A DNA stretch of 53,875 nt, filler included, from Sluysia triapertura (taxonomy: Eukaryota): assembly GCA_046118255.1 (NCBI GenBank). It is 4 parts of 4 records of this genome, joined end to end, with 100 filler letters (N's around TTAATTAATTAA, not from the genome) between each part and the next. Parts side by side here need not be neighbours in the genome. Positions count along the whole stretch, not along the records: positions 27,118 to 42,208 come from JBJNIA010239772.1; 3 more parts are not named here. One strand, given 5' to 3'. Positions 27,018 to 40,709 of the stretch are shown piece after piece. A program made the position numbers and the translations under genes. Positions within the stretch are counted from its first letter, which is position 1, and each line of letters starts with the position of its first letter. The notes below the pieces were generated by a model, which searched no databases, was not told where the DNA came from, and saw only the letters and a list, made by a program, of their open reading frames with translations.

Positions 27018-27117
27018 NNNNNNNNNNNNNNNNNNNNNNNNNNNNNNNNNNNNNNNNNNNNTTAATTAATTAANNNNNNNNNNNNNNNNNNNNNNNNNNN
27101 NNNNNNNNNNNNNNNNN
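27018..27117. other. Assembly gap spacer
   Basis: 44 N + TTAATTAATTAA + 44 N. Confidence 0.98.
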
Positions 27118-28521
27118 TATATATATATGGTTTATTTATTATTTATTTATTGTGTGCGGGTTATATTAAAAAAGTTGATTTTTATCATTCGAGCTATGTA
27201 TTAAGTGCGGATTATACACAAGAAAATACAGTACTTAAAATAATTTTTTTACAATAAAACATTTTGAAATATAATTTAATTTTAATTTCTAACACAAAAT
27301 GATCAAAAATTTATTAAACTTTTAACTTTTTTTATTCCTAGCTGTAGCATTAATATTATTATAATTATAATTATTATTATTACTACTTTTGTACCTTAAA
27401 TAAATGTACCGTTTAAGTCTTAGTTTATAAGTTTATCATTCTCCTAACTAACTGTCGCGTTCGTATTAGCCCTGATAGATTGATATAAATGAGCTGAAAT
27501 ATGACAAAAGTAAGTCTAAGGTTAATTTAATAACTTTTATTCGCTTCAACAATACATTGAAATGACAGGAAAGAATTCACGTTTTTTATCTTAGAGATTT
27601 CAAAACAATTTTTACATGTTTGAATTTTAATTTATAATTTTCGGAAAATCGTCTCTAAACAAATTATTTTTAATTTTACAAATTTAAAATATTTGCAATT
27701 TATTTTCTTAAATTTAGTAATGAATACAGACTCGAATTCCACAATCACGTCAAAATTAGTTTATCGGATAATTTACTGAACTACATCTTGAATCACTTTA
27801 AATAATTATATCTTTTGTTGTTAATGTACAAATTGTTGTTAATGGTCATACAGATTCTGTATAATTGAACACATATTAGAAATAATAGTACCGATTGTAC
27901 AATTTACTCTCACCAAATGTGTATAGAGAGTGATTCATTAAAACCAGTTTTGCTCTAGGTTGGACCTAGGTGTAAATGTTGTGGTGATCCAACTCATTCA
28001 TTTAAAATTTTCCACTACGTAAAGCACCGAACAATTACACAACCACATAACAGCTAAATAACGTAATATATTAAACCTTAATAATTTAAAATCTAAAATT
28101 TAAATGAAATTTCTATAAAAAAACAATTTCATTTCAATGAAATTCTTTACTATAACGCTTTTTCTCACACTCACTTCTTCGAAACTCGCTACCACCTATC
28201 GCACAGAAAGAAAACTAATGATTATTTGAAGCTAACAAGAAGCTTATCTCAAACATTGCTTGATAGAATATGAGAGAATCAAAAAATAAGTAAAGAAACC
28301 TAATTAATTCATAAACATTTAGTACAACGCACGTAATTATTCATTAAATAATTGTACTATTTATTTTACTTGCGAAGCACATCTTTAGTTTATAATTTAA
28401 ATTGGCTTTGGAAAAATAATTATATCTTGATATTTTAAAAACTTCACAATGAAATTAAACGTTTATAACAAAAAGTACTCGAATTACAGTTTGAATTTTC
28501 ACACCTTCCGGAAGATCCTGA

Positions 28522-28705
28522 TCACACTATCATTATGTTTTAGATGAATCTATAATAATAAAGAGTGGAAAGACATTTATTTGGAAAGTTCAAAACATTC
28601 GAGAACGTATTGAAGAATCGTTTGAAATTTATGATTATTCTATCCAAAGTCAACCATTCTATATTATCCAAGACTATGGTTCAAGATGTTAAAATTTAAA
28701 CATTA
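28522..28705 (+). pseudogene. TRAF-type MATH domain N-terminal fragment (putative)
   Basis: KSGKTFIWKVQNIRERIEESFEIYDYSIQSQPFYIIQDYG, then FKM after a frameshift, resembles the TRAF-C pattern G..IWKI....R..EA......L.SQPFYT...GYKM. Confidence 0.5.
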
Positions 28706-31700
28706 AAAAAAATTAATTAACGCATCGTATGATGTGGTTTGATATTTTATATTTATAGGCTACTAAAATTATTAGCTTTCACAACAAATTAAACATAGTT
28801 TATTCAGGCATTGTTATACAAACAAGTTATAAGTTTATTCGGACATAAATTAATCATCACAATTAAGGAGTTATACAGACATTGTAATTCATACATCAAT
28901 TGAAAATAATTCATTTTAAATACAATGAAACTTTATATTAAAGTTTTTTATAACTAAACTATTATTTTCATCTCAATTCTATACTCTCAGCCTAATGGTT
29001 CTCACCCTTTTATCAGACAAGATAATGTGTAAAATTTGCTTCACCTCAATATTACACAATTTCGATTAAAGAGAAACATCTTCAACAATCTACTCACCCC
29101 ATGTAGAATCGTCTCTACGACACCCAATACTATGATACATTCAAGACTATTTTGATATTAAATCGGTGCAGACTCTCGAGCTTTGGAGTTCTTGAGGTTG
29201 GATTTCATTCTATTTGTATTGATATTCAATCAATTGTCTACATGAAGTTTGATTTATATAAATTCTCTTTGTGTTGTTTTATTCTCCCAAATCTTACAAA
29301 TCTAAAATTAATTCTAATAACAAAATCCGAACCTAAATATTGTTTGTTAATCTTAATAAATATATCGCTTTCAAAAAATCAGCTAACATCTACAAATAAA
29401 ATTAATTTCTTCGCAAACAATCTAACATTTTCTATAAATGTCACTAGTTATTTTCTAGTTTTATATTGCATGAAAATTCTTTTGACTTCTTGACCTTTTA
29501 TATAGTAGACTGATGCATTTATTTGTATGATTGGTTTAAATTTAAATAAATAAATAGATGGAAGGTTAAAAATTTGTCAGAATTATTAAAAAATAAGCTT
29601 TATTTGAAAATTATTAAAAATTATTATTAAAGAATAAAAATTATTTTAATAATAAATTTAACTGGCCAAACAACAGAAATTAAGTATAAGAAAAACCGGT
29701 TATATATTAGATTACTGAACGAATAAAATTAGAAGAAAAACTACAAGACACAAAAAAGAAATACAGAAAAGGACCGAAATTTATTTGAAAGTCGATATAT
29801 TTAGCATCGAAATTGAGATCAATATTTTTGGACTTTTGATTCGACACTGATCCTTGTAACATTGTGTTTGATTTAGCTCAGATAATATTAAATTTATATT
29901 TTTTGTAAAATTATAAATCGAATAAAATTTATTCTAAATTTAAACCTAATTATGCATGGTTCTTTTTATTTTCTGAGCTTACAATTCATTTGTTATAGAA
30001 TTTTATTTTGTTGCAACAAATAAATTTTGTTTAAGTTTAAAATTTAGAATTATTAAATTAAATTAATTCTAAATTTATTATTAAATTAAGTGATTTTATC
30101 TAATGAATAATTTTGCTTAACGAATTTTGAATAATAACGTGAATCACGGTTGCTAGATGTTTATATATTATACAATCTACTTTTGAATATTTTATTACAT
30201 TATTACATCATCATTATTATTATTATCATCATCATTATTATTATTATTATTAATATAATTATTGACTGATAATAGTACAAGTACTTAACAAATTAATTCG
30301 TAACAGAAAAGTATTACAAGGTATCAAAATAAAATGAAAATTTGCTTATTACAAAAATATTAAAATTTTGTAAAATATAATAACGTGATATTATCATTTA
30401 AGCATATCTATACATTTTCAATGTTATAAATTTATTATAAAATGTTACCATATAAAATTTTATATTAGATGAATAAAATTTATATTTATAATTACAAACT
30501 GAATTTGGCAAAAATGCGAGAACTAGTTATAATTTATTTTTCTTTTATTTTTTACTAAAAAATTCCACGTTTTCTTAAAATATTTAAAAATTAAAAATAA
30601 GATTAAAAAGGTAATTTATGAGCGCTTTCTAACTAAATGGTACCTACATTTTAGTTTCATTGCTGTTGATTATTTTAATATTTTGTCGATATTATATTTT
30701 ATTGATATAATTATTAATCTATTTGAATTTTTTTGACCCATTTTTTACAAGTCTTGTTTTAACAATATATTCGTTCTTTCTAAGAAACTAAAACAAATAG
30801 TGCCAACAAATAATAAGGCAAAAAGTCCATTTATATTAAAGGTATTAATTTCAAATTACTCCAAATGATATTTTTGGTGATAACTTAAAAACTAAAAAAT
30901 CAATGACGAATGCAAAATAAACACTAAAGGAGCTGTTTCTAAATGTGTAGCGTAGAATTGTTTAATAAATTTGATTTTAAATATAAAATTAGAATTAAAA
31001 TATACAGTAGAATAAAGTAAGATATTTTGCTTCCAAATTAGATCCTAAGACATTTTATAAGACATTTTATAAGATATAAGATATTTTATATATTTTATAC
31101 ATGTGGTCTTTCTTAATAATGCGAATTTCTTTACCGATCTATTTTCAACAAAATTAATTTCTAAAAAAAGTTTTTAATATTTTTAGAGCTTACAATGATT
31201 TCTTTAAATTGGCAAAATTTGAAATTTTCGAAAAAAAAATTTTCGAACGGTAAAATATTAAGCCAATGTAATTAATTATAAATTTAATTCTTTCCAATCT
31301 ATTAGCTACTTAGATTAAAAATGTGACATTTTATATTCAAAGCACAGAAACTATTAATAATAACAAATAAAGCATAATAATTAAAATAAAATAAATCTTT
31401 TAACTGTTTCCTAATGTTATTGGAATTTGGAGATTTGATTTGTAAATAATTATATTTATAAGTATGTTTATTTTCCAGCGTACATAATATAGTATCTCTA
31501 TATATTAAAGCTTAAGCTGTTGCTTTCTAAAGAGCAAAAGTAATAACATTGATGTAAAATTTGTCAGTGCATCAATAAGCAATTTGTTACTACATGAAGA
31601 TTTAAATGGACGTTTCGAATTTGTGAAAAAATTGTTAGCTGTGTTAAATATAAATATCAAAAGAATGCTTTATTTTAATTGTTAAACTATACATGAAAAT

Positions 31701-32151
31701 AAGTTTAAATATTAAGACTAACATTTAATTCATATTTATGTTAAAATATTTTTCACTAAAATATATAATTTCATATTATCTTAGAACATCTTAGATCACT
31801 TTAAATTCGACATTTCTTTCTAAAATGCTAACTTTTTATTATACAAATTAATATTTACCTTTATTAATTTTTAATTAATTCATAATAAAATTATTAAATA
31901 TATAATTACTGGTACTACGTTCCAAAATAAAATTAAAAAATTTTATTATTAAAAAATTACATAATCAATGAAATTCAATCTAATCAGAATTAAGGTTTCT
32001 CAACACCTGATTATTGATTTTTATGTAATTAAACTTAATTAAACCTTTACTTTAAATATTATAAATTATAAAATTAAATGAAAATACAACATAGTTGTGA
32101 CATTATATGCTTTAATTATATATTTAATTATGATGAATGAGACAATATAAA

Positions 32152-32529
32152 CTAACTGTCGTTAGAAACGCTGAGAAAAGCTTTAGCTAATATTTTTTGT
32201 TCTAATTCTTTAATTTTAGCTTCGTACTCTTGTACAGATTTAAAAGTTTTATCTCGATCTTCCTTTGTTGACCATGGAAACAATGTTGGTACATAATCAA
32301 CATGATTTGAATCCAGATTTGGCTTGCCAGTAGCAAAATGTGCATTACATATTCTCGAATTACTTGAAATTGTTCCATATTTTATTCGATTTTCACCACC
32401 AATTTGTGCTAACCACATTTGTTTTCGATCAAAGTTTTGTGGAAACCGATAAAAAATTTTTTTTCGCTTTGTATTTACAGTGGTTGATTCAGTATCACAA
32501 TTCAAAATACAACAAAACAATGTAGGCAT
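32152..32529 (-). CDS. THAP-domain (C2CH zinc finger) protein with a short coiled-coil-like tail
   Basis: MP...CCILNC, FYRFP, R..W, RICNAHF and VPTLF give the complete THAP signature. Confidence 0.88.
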   Translation of the reverse strand: MPTLFCCILNCDTESTTVNTKRKKIFYRFPQNFDRKQMWLAQIGGENRIKYGTISSNSRICNAHFATGKPNLDSNHVDYVPTLFPWSTKEDRDKTFKSVQEYEAKIKELEQKILAKAFLSVSNDS

Positions 32530-35043
32530 TATATTACGACTTTGTTATAGTGCAGAAATCGACTGATTCAATATACAAAATAATAATAAAAATTACAAAT
32601 ATTCCAATTAGAATTTGAATTTTCATTTATATTACAATTGGACATCGTTGCATTAAAAAACTATTTTGATGAGTAATAAGGATACGCGATGTATATAATG
32701 ATAAATACGGACGAATTTGAGTGGTTGATTTAAAAGTACAACGCAGTGTTTTGTTTTCTGGTTGTAAATACTGTTCCTTTCCTTTCACACAAATTAAATA
32801 ATGTAGATACGCTATATAGATTTGTAAAATGACAAATTATTGAGAAAGTAATTTTTCAAAATGAAATACACACTGGACAAGTAGCACACAAAATAGCTTG
32901 ACACACAAGGCTGACAATAGACAGAGAATCAATATTATTAATAAATTGAATTAACCAGTATGAAACGAGATAGATAATGAATTGATATATCTATATCGAT
33001 CGATTTTTAAACATATTTAATAACATTTATATAATAAATTTTATAATTTTTAAAATTTGATATTTAAATTATAAAATATTATAAGTGATAAAATTTCATT
33101 AGTAAGTAGTATAGAAAATCTATAATTTAATCGATTATTTGGAAAGTTGAATTTCCTTACATATAAACGTAAAATTTAAATGATTGTGTTAATATTAATT
33201 TAAATAAAATTTCAGTGCACTCTACTGTATACAGTGTGTAAATATTCGAAATGCACACTAAACTGCCTATCAAACAATTATTGATTTGTTATGAGGTAGA
33301 GAATCAATATTGTAGTATACTGTATATATCATTTTTAAATGAATCAGTTTTTCCATACCAAACTGTAGTGTACATAAATGTGAATATATTGATGTGTTGG
33401 ACAAAAATCAATTTAAGTATTTTTCTGTATATTATGCAAATATATGATTTAATAAAATAACGACATTGATGATACTAATACAACATACTTTACTTTTGTT
33501 TAAATTTTAAATTTCCTCACATGATAAAGTCTCACCACTCTTACTGTTTAAATAAAAATACGTCAACAGCATATAGAGACCGTCATTTGCACACTGACGT
33601 GTTGTATTCATTATAAAATTTGTTAATACACACATTTATATGTTATCAAGAAAAAAGCTACTTTTTAAATTTAGATGATCATGAATTTTAATTGGGCCAA
33701 AACTTTTTATTACTAATATTGATTTTTATGCCTTTTTGACAAAATCTATATGCACAACCTATATAACTATTAAATGCATACATTACAATTTTTTGTTAGT
33801 TTTAAAATTGTTGTTTTTCTTTTCCGTATTTTGGAAATGATTTTGCCTTTTCTTTTACTTTCCCCCTTCAATTTTAAAAAATCAATATTTACATCTATAA
33901 ATTCCCACAGTTCGATTTATCGATTTTCCCCTTAAAGTTTTTTTTATAAAAAAACCAAATAAATTCACTGATATTGTAGACGAAAAATTGATCATTTTTG
34001 TTATTAAAATTTAAACTCAGTGCCAATTTATATTTTAAATCTTTTTTAATTTGATTTTTATTTTGGTAAAAATAAAAAATATTAATGTAATAATTAATTT
34101 TCTATTTTATAATAATTATCGACAATTGCAAAGAAATTCAAAATAAATTTTGTTAATTTTATATTTCTTCATTTTGTACATACTACTTACATACATACAT
34201 CTGATACAGAGTAAGTAAGCATACTACTTCATTCTGTTATGCAGTATAATACTGTACCTCATCGATTGAAACTGCTTTCACATACACTTCGATACTATAA
34301 AAAATTAATAATTATTGGTATTTTTCATATAAAAATATAAAAGAATATAAAGTATATTTTTCAACAGGAATATTTACATATATTGGTTTGGGTTTATAAA
34401 ATATCGATTGTTTTTTGGGTTTAAATGAAGAGATATTGATTTATTGCATTTCTTTTAATTCTGTATTTTTGAAATAGTTTTTGGCTCTATATTAATTTTT
34501 TAAAAAAATATTAATTAAAGTCAATACGAATAATTTTTTTAGAATTTTTTAATAATTGTTTCAATTGTTATTAAATTAATATTGGCTAATATATGATTAT
34601 TTTGCAAAATATTTATGTATCCAAGTTTTAATTATATAAATCAGTTATTAAATCAATTTATAAAATGGAATAAAACTATTAAATGTGTGTTCTAACCATG
34701 CAACGTTTTAAACTGATTCCGGATTATGCATTGCAATTTTAGCAAAGTTGTTAAATTTCTGAAAAATAACATCCGGCATAATTCCAAACATTGATGTGTT
34801 GTAAAAAGTAAAATTATTTTAAAACATTAAAATAGCGGCGCATTTAAAACCTAATTTTAAAATAAATTACAAGTTAAATAAGATCTAATTCGACATATAG
34901 ATCTAGTATTAGTCTGGTGCTAATTATTAATGAAATTAATGAAATTACGTCAATATATCATTGTCACCATAAAGTAATAGTAAATAATATATTGTGAGGA
35001 TTTAATGTAGTTAAATTAAATTAAACTAAATGTGGTTTTAGAT

Positions 35044-35128
35044 GTGAGTCCTCTATGATACTGGGCTTATTCAATTAAGGGCCAGCACATATATTTTTGC
35101 AGTTTTAACGAAAGATAATTACTGGAGG
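35044..35128 (-). repeat. Dispersed structured motif, copy 8
   Basis: Reverse-complement core AAAATATATGTGCTGGCCCTTAATTGAATAAGCCCAGTATCATAGAGGACTCAC; CTGGAGG at 35122-35128. Confidence 0.85.
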
Positions 35129-36069
35129 TTCTTTGTTTCTAACTTTTATTAACGTTGTCAGTTAACTGAATCTTCCTTAGCACGTGGCTTATTATAATTT
35201 AGTGAATAACTATTACAAAATATTAATTTGACTATTTTTGTAAAAATGAAAGGTACGTTTAAGCTCACCTTGAATTACGAATTATATTTAAAAATTATAT
35301 TTAAAATTATCAGCTAATGATACAAAGGCGAGTTAACTAAATTAATAAATGTCAAAATATGATATCGAACAAAACTATAAAACGAATAACACAAAGTATA
35401 AACTAATTCAGTGAATAAAAAGAAATATATTAAACGCTATATATAAAAGGAAAATTATTTATTTAACTCTACTTTAATTTATATATGAATTATAGGACAC
35501 AATGTTAGTTATAATACGTCAGATATCCAATTTATACATGTATTTATAAATATTAATTTTATTAATTAATATTTGTTTGATATATTTTTAAAACTGATTT
35601 TATTTAGTAATAGAAGTTACGAAATAATTTGAGTTTAATATTACCTGTATTTTGTAAATTTTAAAAAAATCTAAAAATAATTTAAACTACGATTTAGCGT
35701 AATATAGTCACTCCAAATCAATAACTATTTTTTAAATCAAACTAATTCGATTTAACTTTCAATGTAATCTATTCTAAATCTTAAATTATAATCTTCTTTT
35801 TCCGATGTAATTTGTTTTTTCAATTCTCAAGGTATAGTCTTCTGAAAATTTGTTTTCTAAAAAATTCTTAATTGTTTAATGAATGAAATTTATAACTTAC
35901 TTACTATTTATATATTTATATTTGTTATGGTAACATATTGATAAACTTTATTTGTTTTAAATTTTTATAATTTTAAAATAAAAATTTTTTAAATATAAAA
36001 GTATTTTATTTTTTAATATTTATAATAATAAATTTAAATATTTAATATATAAAATTTTCTACATCATAA

Positions 36070-36200
36070 TTTTATAATAATTTAATTATATTACTTTTAC
36101 AAATAATAATTTAATAATAATTTAATCTTAACAATAATTTAATTATATTAATAATTTAATTGTATTACTTTATAATCATTTAATTATATTACTTTTACAT
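36070..36200. repeat. AT-rich minisatellite (ATAATTTAATTATATTACTTTT-like units)
   Basis: Four to five imperfect tandem units. Confidence 0.65.
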
Positions 36201-36232
36201 ATACATATATATAAATTCAGCAAATAATTAGG

Positions 36233-36310
36233 CCTCCATAAATTATATCTTACTGTTAAAAATCCAAGTCTACCCCTAACTGGTAAGACTAGATACCTTG
36301 GTGAACTCAC
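36233..36310 (+). repeat. Dispersed structured motif, copy 9
   Basis: CCTCCA at 36233; core AAAATCCAAGTCTACCCCTAACTGGTAAGACTAGATACCTTGGTGAACTCAC. Confidence 0.9.
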
Positions 36311-38295
36311 CTAATCAATTGACATTTATTCTTGTTTAAGAAAATGTTTTAACATTTTCTAACAGTATAAATAATTATGCACCAATATTACGTTGTTTCA
36401 AATTTTACTTAATTCGAAATATTTATCTTTAATGTCGTCATCTTATACTCGTCTTAATTGACAATGTGTCGTTTAGTATTAAAAAATTTCACTTCGTTTA
36501 CTCTTAATATTATATCATGTCTTGCAAAGAAGTTATCTAATTTCACAAAAACTTTTATTCTATCGCTCAATAAATTTTATCTTAAAAGCTTTATTCTATT
36601 TCACAATGATCTTACTCATATTTCGTGATAAACTTATAATATTTTATTTTGTGGCGACTTTATTTTATTTTATAAAAACTATATTTCACTTTCTAAAAAC
36701 TTTAATTTCCTTTATAAATGTTAATTTTTATTTCTTAGTACCTCTATTTCCAACCTTTTTAAGTTATAGATGATTATGCAAAATTTATTTATATAAAATA
36801 GCCAATAAATTTAAAATTTATTAATTCGTTAGGTTAAATTAATATAAAATAGTCAATATTTATTCAGTTAGATTAAGTGAATTCAGTGTTATTACAATAA
36901 AACGAATTTGAAAATATTAACTTATTTTAAATCAAACGAAAGATTAAAAAATCTTACTTTGTTTGGAATCAAATACAGATATTTTGTTGAGTCTTTTCGA
37001 TTAGTCTTTACGTGGCTGAATTCACGAGATTTCTTGAAATTATCTCTGGTTTATATGCAGCCAAAATGAATACTTTAACGTGATTTTATTTCATTTACAA
37101 AATATCTTGCTTTTAAATGATTTTGATCGAAGCTTAAATTTTCATTTCACGTTGTTTATATTCAATTTCAATCTTAATTTAAAATGATTTTATTTATTTA
37201 ATCAGCTATGATATCAGAGTTTAATGTTTATAAATTTGAATTTCGCATTGTTTCTATACGATCTCAATTTAAAATTACCACTATAAGATTTCGATTTAAA
37301 ATGATACAAAAATATTACGATCTCAATAGTTAAACATTATAGAATATCGGACATTAAAGTAATTATTATTATTGAGCATTATGTCAACATTATTATTCTT
37401 CTTTACTTTTATTATTGCATTATTGTATTACTAATTATTAACATTGTTACGATTATGATTGTATTATTTTGATATTATATGTTGATAAGAATTGTGATTA
37501 CAACTTAATAATGATAATAATTTAATAACAATAAAAATTATAATACACTAATTTAAATAACCCTAATAACCACTTTGAAATAAGTACTCAAAAGTGCTTA
37601 TTAATTATAATATTTCTTAAGTAGAAAGAATGCTTTCTTTTAATTCACTATCTTGTAGTAATAGTTTGTTGTAAATGTTTAAAAGTTAAAAGACATATAA
37701 CTTATCACTCATTTTATTATCACTGTGTATTTTATATAAATTGTTTTAAGTTATGATATATTCATTTTGATATATTTTGATTTTTTCCGAGTGGTATTAC
37801 TAATACACAAAATCAATAAAAATAAAATAATAATTCGCACATTTTTATAAAACATTTAATTTATCTGAAACACATAATTAATACTATATATTTTAAAATA
37901 ACCAATTTTGTTATTTTCTAATAAGATTGTTACATAATACTTACATATCAGCAATTGAATGTCGATGAAACTATTTTCAATTAATTGTTTTTTATATTTC
38001 GCTCAAGTATTTTTGGATTTTTATATCATCAAAAAATTAATAAAAATCATAGACTAAATCAATATGCCATTTGTTTAAAAATAAATAAAGTAGATCCTTT
38101 GTTAAATAATCTCAGGGTTTAGTACTAATATTTTGTGGTTCTACTATTTTTTTAATTTATTCCTTAATATTTAAAAATAAAATGTTTTAATAACTGATTG
38201 TGTATATTTCTATTGAAACAATTTCTTTTTCTTATATTTGTCATTATCATTACTGTATCTTGAACATCTGTGCCAATTCCTGATGAATCAGAATT

Positions 38296-38682
38296 TCATT
38301 CTAATGTAACTGTGATGGAGATTCCACGATATATCTGATAAGTGAAGTGTAGATGCAATGATATCAGGTAATGGTAAGTCGAAATTGGCATTTGATACAA
38401 GGTTAATTCATCACCGATTTGTGGAACTATTAGTTGTGTCATAATCATATTTGAGCCTGGTGGTACTTTTATACAGCTATATTTACTGTGAATGACCATA
38501 TATTCTAATTTATTGATAACATCCATAACTAATATTAATTCGTATGGGCTACTTTCCCAAACATTTACTAAAACTTGTACATATTGCCTTAATACTTCTA
38601 TATAGCATAATAGAGTTCCGTTGATGTTTATGGGTGTTTGGTTAACATTATGCGTGACCAATCTTGGTCTATTTAAGAACAC
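38296..38682 (-). CDS. Orphan ORF immediately 3' of the truncated integrase
   Basis: 128 codons open and co-oriented with pol. No family recognised. Confidence 0.25.
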   Translation of the reverse strand: MFLNRPRLVTHNVNQTPININGTLLCYIEVLRQYVQVLVNVWESSPYELILVMDVINKLEYMVIHSKYSCIKVPPGSNMIMTQLIVPQIGDELTLYQMPISTYHYLISLHLHFTYQIYRGISITVTLE

Positions 38683-38698
38683 TGATCCCCAAGTAGTT

Positions 38699-39330
38699 TT
38701 ATAAATCCCAATCAGTTTGTCTGTCGTTCACATAAGATTGAATCATATTAATAAGAGTTTTGTTAAAGCGTTCCACTAGTCCGTCTGTTTGTGGTTGGTA
38801 AGGTGATGTATAAATTCGAAGTTTATTAAAGATTTTAGCTACTGACTTGATTACATCACTGGTAAAATTAGTTCCTTGATCTGTTAGTAATTTACGAGGC
38901 GTACCATATCTGTAAATGATCTTTCTACTAATATTTGTGCCACTGTTTCGGCTTTTTGATTCGGCATGGGGTAAACCTCTGGCCATTTAGTTAAATAGTC
39001 CACAAATACAATAATATACTTATTACTATTGATAGTCTCTGGGAGATGACCCATAATATCCATAGGGGTAAATTCCATTGGTGATAATGGTACTGGCATA
39101 GGTTTCAATGGTACCTTTGTCTTTTGTCCTGTATTTTTACGTCGACTACATATTGAACAATCTTTACATCATTTTCTGATATCTGATTCCATGTTTTCCC
39201 AGTAGTATTTACTTTTAATTCTTGATAACGTCTTTCTTGTTGATAGATGACCTCCCAACTGTCCATCATGAATTTGTATTAAAAGAAAGTACGAAAGATT
39301 CTGAGATGATAGTTTTCCACTCATCTTTAT
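38699..39330 (-). pseudogene. Ty3/Gypsy integrase (HHCC zinc finger + rve core), frameshifted
   Basis: HD...GGH...YYWENM...C..C zinc finger; MDIMGHLP, IIVFVDYLTKW, LLTDQGTNF and TSPYQPQTDGLVERFNKTL core motifs. Confidence 0.95.
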
Positions 39331-39435
39331 TATTTTTAAATCCCATCCTGTCCATAATAGCTAATCTCTTTGCTTGTAATTCATTTAAGGTTCCCTTGGC
39401 TAATACATCTAAAATAGCCGAAATCTCCTTTAGTC

Positions 39436-40145
39436 CATTTAAGTTTTACATTTTTCTTTGTTAATTTCCTGAGAGGATGTGCGATTTTTGCGAAATTTTT
39501 TTACAAACCTTCTATAGTAGTTGGCTAATCCCAAAAAGCTCTGAACCTTTTTAACATTATCTGGTTGAGGAAATTTAATTACCTTTTCAATATTCCTTGG
39601 ATTTGGTTTAATACCCACCTTTATATACTATATGTCCTAAGAATTCAACCTTTTCTTCCGCCCATACACATTTCGTAGGTTTTATTTTAAGTCTTGCGAC
39701 TTCTAATCTTTTTAAGATATTGTCGAAGTCTTCTAGATGAGTCTTAAAATCTTTTGAAAATATTATGATGTCATCTATGCATACCATGACATTTTTACAT
39801 CCTGATAATACAAAATTCATACAACGCTGGAAAGTCGCTGGTGCGCCGGTATAATTCGTATAATTCGTTTCCACACATGAAAGTTGTTTTGTGTTTATCT
39901 TTTTCTGCTATTTCAATCTGCCAGTATCCACTTTGTAAGTCTAAAGTTGTAAAATACGCAGCATTACATAGTTTATCCAACATCATAGTCTGTTGGATAA
40001 AGTGGGAATGTATCTTTTCGTGTTATCTTATTCAATTCTCTGAAATCTATACAAAATCGCATTGTGCCGTCCTTCTTTTTAACTAGTAATACTGGTGATG
40101 AAAATGAAAAGAAGCTTGGTTGTATTATTCCAGCTTTTTCATAGT
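39436..40145 (-). pseudogene. Ty3/Gypsy reverse transcriptase, frameshifted and internally deleted
   Basis: [60 protein letters not shown] (YxDD mutated), FLGHIV and VQSFLGLANYYRRFV. The MPFGL motif is deleted. Confidence 0.96.
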
Positions 40146-40709
40146 CAATCTTGTAGTTGATTTTGTTAATGTTGTTTGTAAAATAATACGATTAAGTGTT
40201 ATGTTAGAATTAGGCGTTATCAAAGTCTTTGAGGGTTTAACTTTAAGGAAAAAATAAATATATCGACAAAATTTAGACTTACTAATATTATAAACAAAAT
40301 TCAATAGTTTGAAAACCTTAATATTAAACTGTAAGAGAATATACGTCTTTAAAAACCTATAGAATGTTAATTCATCTTGACTATTTATGTCATCGTTATG
40401 AAAAGATATTTCATATTGTGAAAATTTGACCACGACTTTGTAATTGTCATCTTTAGGTTTTATTTTATCAACGTCGCGTTCAATTTCTTTAGATACCTTA
40501 TTGAAGTTTTGTCTGTTGTGCAACTTAACATCTTTATTAGTCCTTATGTTATTAGTTTTAAAATCCTTTTGTATTATTCTAATATTTAAATTAATATCTT
40601 TACATATATGGAATAAAGAACGAAGCCTAAAACATTTGACAAAATGATTTATTAAAATTTCTAGTTTACGTAAAATTATATACATTGACTGCTGTACACA
40701 GAATGCCAC
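40125..40709 (-). CDS. Orphan 194-codon frame between the BCH fragment and RT
   Basis: Long open frame in AT-rich DNA; no gag zinc knuckle or D(T/S)G protease motif is visible. Confidence 0.3.
   Translation of the reverse strand: MAFCVQQSMYIILRKLEILINHFVKCFRLRSLFHICKDINLNIRIIQKDFKTNNIRTNKDVKLHNRQNFNKVSKEIERDVDKIKPKDDNYKVVVKFSQYEISFHNDDINSQDELTFYRFLKTYILLQFNIKVFKLLNFVYNISKSKFCRYIYFFLKVKPSKTLITPNSNITLNRIILQTTLTKSTTRLTMKKLE

Noticed and set aside
35044-36310. Opposite-facing motif copies 8 and 9 (also 2 and 4) as the paired TIRs of one transposon
   Set aside because: The facing copies are different stem variants rather than near-identical, and there is no TSD.
39222-40647. Plus-strand ORFs 39222-39464, 39841-40086 and 40444-40647 (also 2381-2593, 23760-24083, 32340-32525)
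   Set aside because: Antisense shadows of transposon or orphan coding sequence on the other strand.
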